Below are positions 39,201 through 48,965 of a stretch of DNA of 49,125 nt, piece after piece; position 1 is the stretch's first letter; each line of letters begins with the position of its first letter. This DNA comes from Promethearchaeota archaeon. Lineage in GTDB: Archaea; Asgardarchaeota; Lokiarchaeia; Sigyniarchaeales; SOKP01. Under the pieces are notes generated by a model that was given only the letters and a program-made list of their open reading frames with translations, did not search any database and was not told the DNA's origin. Both the position numbers and the translations under genes were made by a program. Location: the NCBI GenBank assembly GCA_019057795.1, contig JAHLWS010000041.1:1-49125 (forward strand), in the 5' to 3' direction.

Positions 39201-41120
39201 TATGAGTTTTCCCGCTCTTATTGCTTTTTTCAAGGCTACTTCATAGTCACGCGCCATTCTCTCGGCTTTGTCTACCAAGTCAGTAATTTCTTTTTGAAAT
39301 TTCTTCTCTTCAAATCCTTTTACTTTTTGAGCTTCAATTTCTTTTATTTTCTCTGCGTCAATTACCTTTTTTTGAATTTTATGAAATTCTTCATAAGCTT
39401 TCTTTTCTTCGTCTTTCTTAGCTTCTATTTCTCTTATTCTATTTTCTTTTTCTAACAATTCAGAATATTTTCTAATGTGACTTGAAAGAATAGCAGCATC
39501 CTCGTTCCAATCTTTCTCTAAAACGCTATCTCTTGCTTTAGTGTAAATTTTAATTATTTTTGGATATTTTGATTCGATATTCAAATTACCCTCTTTAACA
39601 GCTTTTTTAAAAGCGGTTTTATATTCTCGTGCAATTTTTTCTGCTCTATTCACCAACTTTTCAATTGTTTCTCTAAAATGTTTAACTTCAGCTTCTTGTT
39701 CTCTTTGTTCTTCAAACATTTCTTTTTGTGCGACATCTACTTCAACAATTGTCGAATCTGTTTTAATTTTTAAAGCTTCGTCATATTCTTTTTGTTTTTG
39801 TAGTTTCTGAAATTCTATTTGGCGAAGCTTCTTATCTTTTTCTAAAAGTGTGTGATAATGTCTAATTTGGTTAGCATACAATTCTGCTTGGTCTTTCCAA
39901 CCTCTATCTTTTACTTTTTTCCTTACTTCTTCGTAAATCTTAATTACCTTAGGAAAAACGCATTCTTCAATTAAGTTTCCTCTTTTAATCGCCTTTTTAA
40001 CTCTTAGATCATAATCTCTTGCTAATTTTTCAGCATAATCTATTATCTCAGCGATTTCATTTTGAAATGTCGTTTCTTCTTGTTTTCTCTCAGATTGTGC
40101 CCTCAACTTTTCTGCTTGAGCTTGATATTTCAATTGCTCTTGAATTTGCGCACTTTCTATTAAAGCCGCTTCTTTTTGTTTTTTGGTTTCTTCCGCTCGC
40201 TCTTCTTCTGCTTTGATTTTTTGAAACTCTTCCAAAAATCTTTGTTTCTCTCTTTCAACTTGCTCTATCATGTTTTTAATTTTTTTAACTTCATTGTTCC
40301 AATTGATTTCTTGAAATAAAGCAAGCCCCTCGTCGTATAACCTTATTGCTTCATCATATTGTCGTATTTTTTTTAATTCTGTTGCTTTTCCAATTAATTC
40401 ATATGCTTGGTTAGATATTTGATTTTCTTTCCTTTTAAATTCTTCAAACGCTCTAACTTGTTGTGCCTTTATTTCTGATTTCGATATTAGCCCTTCATTA
40501 TCTTGCTCTACGGTAATAATCTCCCCAGTAGACGCTTTCTTATGTATTTGTACATACTCTGCTTTTTTATTAAAACAATCCTCAATTAATTCACTTAGCT
40601 TTTTTAATTCAAGCTCTTTACTTAATTTTTGGAGAATTTTTGTTGCCTCGTCATATTTATCAAGAGCCTCATCAAATTTTTCGTTTGTTACAAGTTGTAA
40701 TGCCTCTATAATTAAGGAATCTGCTTGGTTATACAATTCCTCTTCGTTCTGTTCTAAAAGAGCTCCTTTTTGAGAATCTTCAATTATAGTATCTGTTTCT
40801 AATTCACTTTCTCTAAACGATTGTTCTTTTAATAAATAAATCTCAGAAATTTTATTATTTAACGCGTCAACTTCTGCAATTCTATTAATTTGATCGTATA
40901 ACCCAATTGCCTGACGGAATATTTCAATGCCATCGTCATAAAAGCGCCCCTCTATTAACGATAATGCGTGTGTTACTAATTCGATTGCTTCAGAAGCTAA
41001 ATCTTCTTCCATATTACCCATATCAAAAAAGAAAGCTTCTTTTGTTGGGTCTGGATTGTTATCGTTAAATTTTTGATTATTATCCTTTTCTTCGTCTCGC
41101 TTATCCATTTTAATCATCAA
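36249..41120 (-). CDS. Giant alpha-helical repeat protein (TPR-like/coiled-coil), 1623 aa
   Basis: Seven ~125-aa repeats AE(K/R)xARxY..Y..II.IY..GW..A..Y..QI..Y.EK..DKKLR, flanked by TPR-like modules (FDEA...Y). Confidence 0.85.
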   Translation of the reverse strand: MMIKMDKRDEEKDNNQKFNDNNPDPTKEAFFFDMGNMEEDLASEAIELVTHALSLIEGRFYDDGIEIFRQAIGLYDQINRIAEVDALNNKISEIYLLKEQSFRESELETDTIIEDSQKGALLEQNEEELYNQADSLIIEALQLVTNEKFDEALDKYDEATKILQKLSKELELKKLSELIEDCFNKKAEYVQIHKKASTGEIITVEQDNEGLISKSEIKAQQVRAFEEFKRKENQISNQAYELIGKATELKKIRQYDEAIRLYDEGLALFQEINWNNEVKKIKNMIEQVEREKQRFLEEFQKIKAEEERAEETKKQKEAALIESAQIQEQLKYQAQAEKLRAQSERKQEETTFQNEIAEIIDYAEKLARDYDLRVKKAIKRGNLIEECVFPKVIKIYEEVRKKVKDRGWKDQAELYANQIRHYHTLLEKDKKLRQIEFQKLQKQKEYDEALKIKTDSTIVEVDVAQKEMFEEQREQEAEVKHFRETIEKLVNRAEKIAREYKTAFKKAVKEGNLNIESKYPKIIKIYTKARDSVLEKDWNEDAAILSSHIRKYSELLEKENRIREIEAKKDEEKKAYEEFHKIQKKVIDAEKIKEIEAQKVKGFEEKKFQKEITDLVDKAERMARDYEVALKKAIRAGKLIENSPYSRIIEIYHQIREGVISREWKDQILMYTNQIRIYEEKLKSDNKLREIEIHKIQKRKEFEESLRVKTESIPLEKLKEIESKKSKKLEEQNFQKEITGIVDKAEKLAREYEIAKKHALKEGKDLGEVPYFEIIEIYTKLRNKVLTRGWTDQALIYAKQIKIYQEKLERDKKLRQIELDKIQKQKEFKESLKVKTEGLTVDKLKNLEILSKQEQDEERFEREIDDLVDNAEKLAREYDLAIKRGQFEKKCPYLIIAELYKKIREKVYARGWKDEADIYGNQINHYREKYERDKRLRELEVKKEEKQKDFKESLKITKEVKKLKLQEIQAIESKDREADRFLNEAMAHINEAENEVRSYELSLKKDVLYYTSPYEKAISNYEKARKLFQKIGWKEEAHRLISTITFYKEKKVKDDNLRLLEQQKLEAYKEKLKYKPKEEVFAHEKKIIEFEKIKKAKTKESEEIFNIINRAEKLGQEYEIKKKKGILNIEPPYEEIINMYMTAKKEFKKIGWNEQANQIINSIHHYQEKSKADKKLRDLETEKISKEEEEIKKRKIETSLAREAEEELLKQKAQALELKRKHALEYESKREQAFNFMDLAKKEFKQKNFDKAVKFYKESEKIFVEINWSEGQKMIKESIKVIKLKKEKIEQEQKVTERQKAEKLKLEAQIEDEIIKAKDLQKMQQDQRRREFLVIQKEKEREKEISENAYHFLEEGTKFKNKKKFEEAFEKYIMGRDLFKQIGWQHEVSRINNDLLFILKKEMKQTEKIKAMQQKKVEEKKELEVLLQEAEKKRIELDQIRKEEKRKRREEIVQKELDVANGIIKTLRYNEGILKLKKVIKKLEKLKQDKLVKQMNKQIEVLENASQVPIITISELERDENINKFELAYRALDNAQISLSNNLFMRAITELNEAIFNLRETKIGIKYISLIENKVNTYKKELDIKTVQEQKVEVPKDEIDDIRVKIAARRAERRKKIKELMSK

Positions 41121-41259
41121 ATTAGAGAAAATTTAAAAGTCTTTCATTTAAATTACAAAAAACTTATAGGTAAAATAAATTGTTTCAATAGCAATTTTAA
41201 AATTCATTTTTAAGTTAAATAAGTTGCTCTATTTTCAATATTAGTAACGGTAAAACTAA

Positions 41260-41676
41260 TTAAAATTCAATTTTTCCTAAAGTTCTATTTAGAAAATCGT
41301 CGCAAACTTTGCCCCCTTCAAGCGTTAAAGTCCAACCGTCTGCCTCTCTCTTAACTAAACTTAGATCTTCTGTGCTACTTAAAATTTCGTGTACTTCCTC
41401 TTCTGTTTTACGAATATTGAAATCTATTCTTAAACTAAAAATTATCTCGTCTAAAGGAACCGGTCCTCCAAGCTCATCCTCCATTACGCCTAACGCCGCG
41501 ATCATTTGCTGTTGTACTCCTATGGTACCTTTCATCTCGTTTGAAACTTCGTCAAGTAACCAAGGATATTTATCTAGCGCTTTTTTAATCGCTTTTTCAT
41601 TACCGCTTGCGAAGATTACATCAAATTCCTCTCGAATCTTTTTCTTTTTGGCCATTAGAAAGTACCCATATTTCAA
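41260..41676 (-). CDS. Hypothetical winged-helix protein
   Basis: C-terminal PLDEIIFSL...LVKREADGWTLTLEG wing; likely start MAKKKK. Confidence 0.65.
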   Translation of the reverse strand: MKYGYFLMAKKKKIREEFDVIFASGNEKAIKKALDKYPWLLDEVSNEMKGTIGVQQQMIAALGVMEDELGGPVPLDEIIFSLRIDFNIRKTEEEVHEILSSTEDLSLVKREADGWTLTLEGGKVCDDFLNRTLGKIEF

Positions 41677-41793
41677 AAAAGAAAATCCTTAATATTAGTG
41701 ATTATCTTTTATATTAACGTATTATATTATCTAAAAAAATTTTATCTTTTTAATTTTAAGTAAAAAAAAAATAGAAAAAATTGTTGATTTTAC

Positions 41794-44793
41794 ATGGCAA
41801 AAAAATCGTGTGATAAACATAAAAATTTCAACTATTATTGTCAAGACTGTCAAGATGCAAATATAGTAAAAGATGATCGGTTTAATTACAAATTATTTAA
41901 AAAAGATGGTCAGTATATAAAAATAATTCTCCTGACTATTGTAATTGTTGCGATAATTACATTAATAGGCATTTTCTGGTGGTGGCCCTCTTGGTTCGGG
42001 AATATTAATCTTCAGGCTCAATTATATTCAAATAAAGCTGGTGGAATTGATTTCTTTGATTTTTACTTCTTAAATCTGTGGTCTACTAATTTTATATTTA
42101 ACAAGACTGCCTTGATAGGGGCATTAATTGGATCTGTTATAATGAGTTTACCACCTGAAAGAAATTTGTTAACTATAATTGGTACCAAGCTAAGATTCGG
42201 AAAACCCTCAAGGTTAAAAGCATTAGCGTTTTGGTGGACGATTGGATTTGGAATGTTCTATTTATTAGGTTTACTACTTGATGTAAATAGTGGCGGCTTT
42301 TCTTGGACAATCTATTTGATTGAAAACGGTCAAATTCAAATTTCTCCAAACATAATGTTAGACGCGTTTGCTGTTTTATTTGATTCGAATAACAAGGATT
42401 TTGTAACGATTTTTATTTACTCAAATCTAATTCTCCCTGTAGTGACTTTTATTTTTGGAGTATTAATTTTTAGACTGGCTCTTAACATAGTGAAGAATAC
42501 ATATTTACGTAAAAATGACTATAATGTGATCTCAAGTGCTTTCTTAATAATTGGTTTACTATGTGGACTTGGATTCTTTTTCCTTGCAACGCTCCCTTTA
42601 GACGGTATAAATATGATCCAAATATGGGCCGTTATTTTGGGTTTCTTCACAATGACATCTTTAGGAATCTTCATGCACCTTTATGGAAAAATGTTGTTCG
42701 AAAAAGATTCGACAAATTACATTTTTTCGCGACATAAACAAAAAAAAATCGTCTTTATCATAGTAATCGTAATAGCTTTCACACTTACCCCATTAATATT
42801 CAGTATTGGACCAACATTAACCCTAAGTGACACAGCAGTGTGGACAGAACAACAATGGATAAAAAAATATAATAGAGAAATTGAATGGACTTGGGCATGT
42901 GCCGGTTTAGATATGTTTGAAGAACGGCCAATTTCGAACTTTACCGAATCTTCTACAACTTCCGACGCTTTAATGGTATCCCAAGTTAGACAATTTGATC
43001 AAAGTTTTGCTGTTCAGTATTTAGCTGCTTCAATCGGTTCTACATTCGAGGGTTTAGCAGATTCAGACATAGTATATATAAATAATAAAGAATATTGGGT
43101 TGCACCTAAAACTGTACGGTTTTCAGAAATTGCTGGAGATGCTGTTCAGACTAACACTGAATTATACGATCATGTTGAGGGTTTTTTAGCAATGGATACC
43201 TTTACGGGTGACTTAGTAAATGTGACTTTAACTTTCAACATTACTGACAATTATCCGATTTTCTTTGGGGAAAGCGAAAGTGCACGATATCTCGAACAAA
43301 CTTTAGGTTATTACGAAACAGGGGCTCTAGGTGCCTATGATTCCGATATATTACTGAATACTAATTGGTCCAAAGGTATAAAAAAAAATAATTATACATA
43401 TGAAGGAGAACCGGATGGAGTTTTAACTGGTCTGGAAGGATTTTGGAAAACTTTAAACATAGGACTTTTTGCTTACGCTTTTGAAAGTGAACATGAGTAT
43501 TTAATTAATAGAAATGTCATAAACAGAGTTTATCAGATACTCCTTCCTCAATTAAGAATTGACAGTGATCCCTACTTAGTATTTGATATGACCCGAGGTA
43601 AAATGTATTATGCCGTTTCGATTTATACATACATCAATGTAGGTTCGTATGCTCAATATCCTATATTAAGATTTCTAGGCGTTAGTTTAATCGATGTAAC
43701 AAATGGGGAGATGACTTTTTATGAAAATCCGAGTTTAGATCCTAGCGGTGACCCAACTTCTCCTCTCTGGGAAATTTATTTGACTAAATATGATTGGCAA
43801 ACAGTCCCAGATTGGTTAAAAGCACAATTACGCTATCCAGAAGATTTATTTGAGTTACAATTAGAAGCGAATTACAAATATCACGTAACAAATCCTCAAA
43901 CATGGAAAAGAGCCGATGATTTCCACGAAAGACCCGAAGATGGTAATTTGTTCTACATAGAAACTGATTTAGGTGAAGGAATTGAATATATTGGTTTAGA
44001 TTTGGTTGAATATAAAGGTCAAACAGCGACACTACTCGCAGGAATATATGTAGTCAGGCACGGTGATCATTTTGGTGAAGCAATTTTCTATTATACAAGA
44101 GATTCCGATGAAAATTTAATTGGCCCTAAAATAGCGAGAGAAACTTATGGATCTGAAGCAACGCAAGAGCTTATTTTAATCTCAGGTGCTAGACACGGAA
44201 ATACTTTAATATACCCCCTTGGAGGATCAATCTATTATTATATCCCTACATATAGCACTGCTGGCAGCCTTCAACAGCTAAAATTAGCCGGATTTGTAGA
44301 AGCATTTATTAGAAATGTTGGTTATGGTGAAAACGCTCAAGATGCATACAACAATCTGAACTTTACGGAAGATGAAGCGACTTCTGATGTTTCAATCTCG
44401 TATAATTTTGAGATGGAAACTTCTATGACTTATCCGAATAATCCAGCAAACTTCGAAATAACTCTTCAAAATTTCGATACTAACTTCTCTGCGCCTGGTT
44501 TGGATGTTAAAGTTAATCTATCTGTATATAGCTCAACTTCTCTTAATGTCGATTATAGCTTAATTTTACCTCCAGGATATCCAATTGAAGACACTACGTT
44601 TATAGACGGCGTCTATACAGGAGTAAACTTTACAATAATAGATACTACATTGTATTTTGGTCAAGGTTTAGTCCTAAATGGATTTTTAAACACTACAAAA
44701 GGAAGCGTAATAATCTACTTTAAATGGACTTTGATTGTCGATGGTGCTATTATCTACGAATCCCAAGAAAATTTAATATATATATATGAATAA
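41794..44793 (+). CDS. UPF0182 family membrane protein
   Basis: Multi-TM N-terminal part, then PIFFGE, DSDPYLV, QLRYPEDLFELQ, YHVTNP, GP, GN motifs. Confidence 0.82.
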   Translation: MAKKSCDKHKNFNYYCQDCQDANIVKDDRFNYKLFKKDGQYIKIILLTIVIVAIITLIGIFWWWPSWFGNINLQAQLYSNKAGGIDFFDFYFLNLWSTNFIFNKTALIGALIGSVIMSLPPERNLLTIIGTKLRFGKPSRLKALAFWWTIGFGMFYLLGLLLDVNSGGFSWTIYLIENGQIQISPNIMLDAFAVLFDSNNKDFVTIFIYSNLILPVVTFIFGVLIFRLALNIVKNTYLRKNDYNVISSAFLIIGLLCGLGFFFLATLPLDGINMIQIWAVILGFFTMTSLGIFMHLYGKMLFEKDSTNYIFSRHKQKKIVFIIVIVIAFTLTPLIFSIGPTLTLSDTAVWTEQQWIKKYNREIEWTWACAGLDMFEERPISNFTESSTTSDALMVSQVRQFDQSFAVQYLAASIGSTFEGLADSDIVYINNKEYWVAPKTVRFSEIAGDAVQTNTELYDHVEGFLAMDTFTGDLVNVTLTFNITDNYPIFFGESESARYLEQTLGYYETGALGAYDSDILLNTNWSKGIKKNNYTYEGEPDGVLTGLEGFWKTLNIGLFAYAFESEHEYLINRNVINRVYQILLPQLRIDSDPYLVFDMTRGKMYYAVSIYTYINVGSYAQYPILRFLGVSLIDVTNGEMTFYENPSLDPSGDPTSPLWEIYLTKYDWQTVPDWLKAQLRYPEDLFELQLEANYKYHVTNPQTWKRADDFHERPEDGNLFYIETDLGEGIEYIGLDLVEYKGQTATLLAGIYVVRHGDHFGEAIFYYTRDSDENLIGPKIARETYGSEATQELILISGARHGNTLIYPLGGSIYYYIPTYSTAGSLQQLKLAGFVEAFIRNVGYGENAQDAYNNLNFTEDEATSDVSISYNFEMETSMTYPNNPANFEITLQNFDTNFSAPGLDVKVNLSVYSSTSLNVDYSLILPPGYPIEDTTFIDGVYTGVNFTIIDTTLYFGQGLVLNGFLNTTKGSVIIYFKWTLIVDGAIIYESQENLIYIYE

Positions 44794-44866
44794 TTTTTTT
44801 TTTAATTTTTTTCTTTTAAAAATAAGGTAACTTGAAATAAGCAAATAAAAATTAGAAGAAGAAACT

Positions 44867-45583
44867 TTATAAAGTTGTTAAAAATTGCTCTACTTCGTCC
44901 TTCGAGCACTCGTGATATTTTTTGTCTTCAGCCTTAATATAAACAAGTCTGATGTTCTCTTTGGTGGGGTCTTCATCAATAGATTCTTTAAGCGTATTAA
45001 GTGCTAATTTTATGATCTCATCGAAAGACATTCCTTCCTTATAATTCTCTTTTAAATATTCTCTTGCAGTTGCTTCGCCACTTCCTAGAGCGTAAGCTTT
45101 AAATGCCCGATAAATCCCACTTGGAGATGTGGTGTAAATTTGAGTGCCTTTTGCATCAACGGCAACGAAGAAAAGAGCACAACCGAATGGTCTTATACCA
45201 CCATATTGGGTGTATTGCTGCTTTATATCTGCTAAGGATTTTACAAGCATATTTAACCTTACAGGCTCATCATATGTTAAACGAAAAGATTGTGCTTGAA
45301 CTCGAGCGTAGTTAATTAAAGTCCTTGAATCTGCATGTAAACCTGCAATTGCAACGCCAATGTGCTCGTCAACCTGAAATAATTTATCAATGGAATCAGC
45401 ATCCATTAATTTTGAAGGAATTTTAATTTGAGCTCCTAAACAAACAGCATCTTTTGATTTTACAGCTACAGCTAAAGTACCGCGCCTTACAGCCTCTAAT
45501 GCATACTCTACTTGAAATAATCTTCCTTCGGGCGAAAATACTGTAAGAGCCCTATCGTATTTTACCTGTCCTCCACCAAACAT
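44867..45583 (-). CDS. psmA: Proteasome subunit alpha
   Basis: YDRALTVFSPEGRLFQVEYALEAV, GLHADSR, YTQYGGIRPFG, ALGSG. Confidence 0.96.
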   Translation of the reverse strand: MFGGGQVKYDRALTVFSPEGRLFQVEYALEAVRRGTLAVAVKSKDAVCLGAQIKIPSKLMDADSIDKLFQVDEHIGVAIAGLHADSRTLINYARVQAQSFRLTYDEPVRLNMLVKSLADIKQQYTQYGGIRPFGCALFFVAVDAKGTQIYTTSPSGIYRAFKAYALGSGEATAREYLKENYKEGMSFDEIIKLALNTLKESIDEDPTKENIRLVYIKAEDKKYHECSKDEVEQFLTTL

Positions 45584-45693
45584 GGTTAAATCATCAATTT
45601 CCTTAACTTGTTTTGAGAAATTTATAAAGTAATAAATTATTATTAGTTAAAAATTAAATAAGCAATTTTAATTTATTGTTTATACATTAAAAA

Positions 45694-46254
45694 CTAAATT
45701 TTTCCCGAGGATTTAAGGATTTCTAAAGTTAAAAGCTTAAACACATCTTCTACTGAATCACCATGTTTAGCACTGGTCTCAAAATATTTAAATACATGTA
45801 ATTCACTCATGAGGGCTTTCCCCTCTTGTTCTGATACTTCTCTTTTCCCCTCTTTTGCTAAATCGAGTTTATTTCCTACTAAAATACTTGCTCTCTGCGT
45901 AATTACTTTTTCAACTTCATCCCGCCACTCTATTAAGTCGACAAATGAAGAGCGTCTAGTCAAATCAAACACGTAAATTATGCCCGTTGCACCTCGATAA
46001 AATGGTGGACGGACGAAAGAGAAATGTTTCTGTCCAGCAAGGTCCCATAGTTGAAGTTTTACTTGAAATTGCGGATGGTCAGCTAATTCTACAGTCTTTG
46101 TACTGAAATTTGAGCCAATAGTCATTAGGTAATTTTCTCTAAACGCATTTTCACAGTACCTAAGAACCATAGACGTCTTCCCAACGCCGCCGTTGCCCAC
46201 GACGCAAATTTTATAGATGAATGACTTCTGAAATTTAGAATATGCAGCAGACAT
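45694..46254 (-). CDS. Rab-like small GTPase (eukaryotic signature protein)
   Basis: G1 GNGGVGKT, G2 TIG, G3 LQLWDLAGQ, G4 GNKLD, G5 ETSAK; no C-terminal Cys. Confidence 0.93.
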   Translation of the reverse strand: MSAAYSKFQKSFIYKICVVGNGGVGKTSMVLRYCENAFRENYLMTIGSNFSTKTVELADHPQFQVKLQLWDLAGQKHFSFVRPPFYRGATGIIYVFDLTRRSSFVDLIEWRDEVEKVITQRASILVGNKLDLAKEGKREVSEQEGKALMSELHVFKYFETSAKHGDSVEDVFKLLTLEILKSSGKI

Positions 46255-46374
46255 GGAGATTCAATAATTAAAATAGTTATAATAATATATTATATTCAAT
46301 AAATAAAAATAATCATATTAAATATTTGGTCTATTTTTAACAAAATTTCAAAATAAATTTGGAGAATTTCTCAT

Positions 46375-47148
46375 ATGAATGATTTGAATGCAAAAATTCA
46401 AAAATTTGCTCAACTTATCCTTGATTCCAACAACATCGTAGTATTAACGGGGGCCGGTATGAGCACAGAGAGCGGAATTGCGGACTTCAGAAGCCCGGGT
46501 ACTGGTTTATGGGAAAAAGTGAATCCTGATGAGTTTGCGAGCATCCATTCGTATGTGTCTGATACTAAAAAGAATTTAGATTTTATGCTTGAGATGGGAT
46601 TGAACATATTTAAAGCAAGACCTAACAAGGGTCATAAAATGTTAACAAAACTCCAAAAACTTGGCAAATTGGAAGGTATTCTCACTCAAAATATTGACGG
46701 GCTTCATCAAAAAGCCCATAGTAAAAATATTGTGGAGTTACATGGAACAGCTCACGAAGCAATTTGTATGGCGTGTAATAAAATCTATCCCATTACAACC
46801 ATGATAAATCAAGTTATGAAGGGTGAGAATCGTCCTTCATGCCAAGCATGTAATGGCCTATTGAAACCAAACGCGATTTTTTTTGGAGAACCTTTGCGTT
46901 CAGAAATATTGAGTCGAGCAGACGACATGATTAATAATTGCGATTTGTTAATAGTTCTTGGAAGCTCTTTATTAGTATATCCCGTGGCATTTTATCCTCG
47001 AAAAGCACTTTCTTTGGGTGCTAAACTTGCAATTATTAACATTCAAGAAACGGATGTAGATTCTTTTGCGGAAGTTGTAATCCACGAAAAAATCGGCGAT
47101 GTGTTCCCTCGTATCGTAAACATTGTAAAAAATGAAATTGAAGAATGA
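46375..47148 (+). CDS. cobB: NAD-dependent deacylase, Sir2 family
   Basis: TGAGMSTESGIADFR, TQNIDGLH, ELHG, CxxC..CxxC, FGE, GSSL.VYP. Confidence 0.95.
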   Translation: MNDLNAKIQKFAQLILDSNNIVVLTGAGMSTESGIADFRSPGTGLWEKVNPDEFASIHSYVSDTKKNLDFMLEMGLNIFKARPNKGHKMLTKLQKLGKLEGILTQNIDGLHQKAHSKNIVELHGTAHEAICMACNKIYPITTMINQVMKGENRPSCQACNGLLKPNAIFFGEPLRSEILSRADDMINNCDLLIVLGSSLLVYPVAFYPRKALSLGAKLAIINIQETDVDSFAEVVIHEKIGDVFPRIVNIVKNEIEE

Positions 47149-47249
47149 TATTAATTTTATATTAGTAAACTTTTATCTCCTCAATATTAACATAAAACAA
47201 GATTAATAAATAAAAAAAATAAATATTTAAGCTCTGGAGATCATCCAGA

Positions 47250-48965
47250 TTATTTTCTCAGACTCTTTTTATCGACTTTACCAACAGTAGTTAGCGGTAG
47301 TTCTTTTACAATTTCAATTATTTTAGGAACTTCGTAAGGTGAACAGTTTTCTTTGGCAAATTCGGTAATATTTTTCTTTAAAGCGTCCTCATTTCCATCG
47401 TAGTCATATTCAGGATCTAATTGTATAAACGCTTTAACGATTTCAGAACCTGGTCTTTCAGGGTTATCTACACCTACAGTGGCAACCATTCCTATAGCCA
47501 GATGTTTAGTTAATGTGTCTTCTAATTTGGCTGAAAACACTTTGAAACCGCCGACAATTATCATATCTTTAGTTCTATCAACGATTTTCATATACCCATC
47601 TTCGTCCATTACTCCTACATCTCCAGTATGCATAAATCCATCAGAGTCAATTGCGTTCTTAGTTTCCTCAGGTTTATTGAAATATCCTTTCATTACCATT
47701 GGTCCTTTTACGCAAATTTCTCCAGGTTCGCCTACAGGTACATCCTTCCCTGTACTTGGATCTACTAATTTCACTTCCGTATTGTTTAGAGGAAGACCTA
47801 TACTTCCTAATTTTTTAACTCCTCTAGATGGATTACTTGCTGAGAGTGGAGATGTTTCAGTCATCCCATAAGCTTCTATTAATTTACCTTTCCCTACTAT
47901 TGCTTCGAATTCTCTTTGAGATTCTTCTGGAAACGGTGCTGCAGCAGAAACGCAATATTTTAATTGCGAATGGTCCAATTCTTTAAATTTTGGATTTTTC
48001 ATCAAAATCTGATATAAAGAAGGCACATTTGCTAAGACCGATGGTTTGTATTTAGCCAATTCTTTTATAATGTGGTCTGAATCACGTGGGTTTGGTATTA
48101 AAATCTGACTCCAAGCCAAATAGACTACATTAAGGGTAGTAAAAGTTCCTGCGATATGGAAAAATGGAAAGCCTGAAAGAGCTACACCTTCCCCACGTTC
48201 CCAATTAAGCCATTTCTGAAATATAACTATGTCAGACATGATATTCTTATGGGTTAGCATTGCTCCTTTTGGAGGTCCTGTAGTTCCACCCGTATATTGT
48301 ATAAACGCTAAATCATCAGGGGTTGTTTTTACTGTTGGTAATTCTTTTGAATAAGTGGGCAAGAGATCTTTATGGAAATCAATTACTGTTATTCCTTCTA
48401 AGGGAGTAACTTTTCCCTTAGGAATCTTACCAATTAATTTTCCCAATACCTGTTTTATTTTCGGCAGGTAACCTCCTACGCTAGTAGTTATTACTAATTT
48501 TAATTGTGGTAATTTTGAAACTATTTTAACTAATCTACCAGCAAAGATTGCATCTAAAGTTAATAATGCTACTTTATTCCCTCCTGTACCTAAATCATTC
48601 AATTGATATTGCATTTGAATATCTGAAAGAAGAGGTGAAACACCCGAAACAATACAGCCCACCTTCAAAGTACCAATGACGCCCATTAAATATTCAGGTG
48701 TATTTGGTAAATTTATACCGACTACATCACCTTTTTTAAAACCGTTTTCAATTAACATATTGGCGAATTGGTTTGAAGCCTCGTCTAAATCTTTATAGGT
48801 GAAAGTTACTCCTAAATAATCAAAAGCCATCTTCTCTGGAAAGTCTTCCATAGTTCTTCGAATGGCCTCGGGATAAGTTGTATTAAATTCATTAGGATCT
48901 AAATCTTTTACATAATCATCCCAGGATTTTTTCCAGAATTTATCTTTATACGACATATTTTTCAT
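47250..48965 (-). CDS. Long-chain fatty acid-CoA ligase (AMP-binding enzyme)
   Basis: YTGGTTGPPKG, YGMTETSP, GEICVKGPMVMKGY, HTGD, DRTKDMI, GKVDK. Confidence 0.94.
   Translation of the reverse strand: MKNMSYKDKFWKKSWDDYVKDLDPNEFNTTYPEAIRRTMEDFPEKMAFDYLGVTFTYKDLDEASNQFANMLIENGFKKGDVVGINLPNTPEYLMGVIGTLKVGCIVSGVSPLLSDIQMQYQLNDLGTGGNKVALLTLDAIFAGRLVKIVSKLPQLKLVITTSVGGYLPKIKQVLGKLIGKIPKGKVTPLEGITVIDFHKDLLPTYSKELPTVKTTPDDLAFIQYTGGTTGPPKGAMLTHKNIMSDIVIFQKWLNWERGEGVALSGFPFFHIAGTFTTLNVVYLAWSQILIPNPRDSDHIIKELAKYKPSVLANVPSLYQILMKNPKFKELDHSQLKYCVSAAAPFPEESQREFEAIVGKGKLIEAYGMTETSPLSASNPSRGVKKLGSIGLPLNNTEVKLVDPSTGKDVPVGEPGEICVKGPMVMKGYFNKPEETKNAIDSDGFMHTGDVGVMDEDGYMKIVDRTKDMIIVGGFKVFSAKLEDTLTKHLAIGMVATVGVDNPERPGSEIVKAFIQLDPEYDYDGNEDALKKNITEFAKENCSPYEVPKIIEIVKELPLTTVGKVDKKSLRK

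Noticed and set aside
422-47871. Numerous short ORFs nested in or antisense to long genes (e.g. 422-640, 1316-1696, 8017-8316, 11406-11786, 30156-30482, 41309-41692, 47479-47871)
   Set aside because: They overlap well-supported CDSs and have no motifs; typical shadow ORFs.
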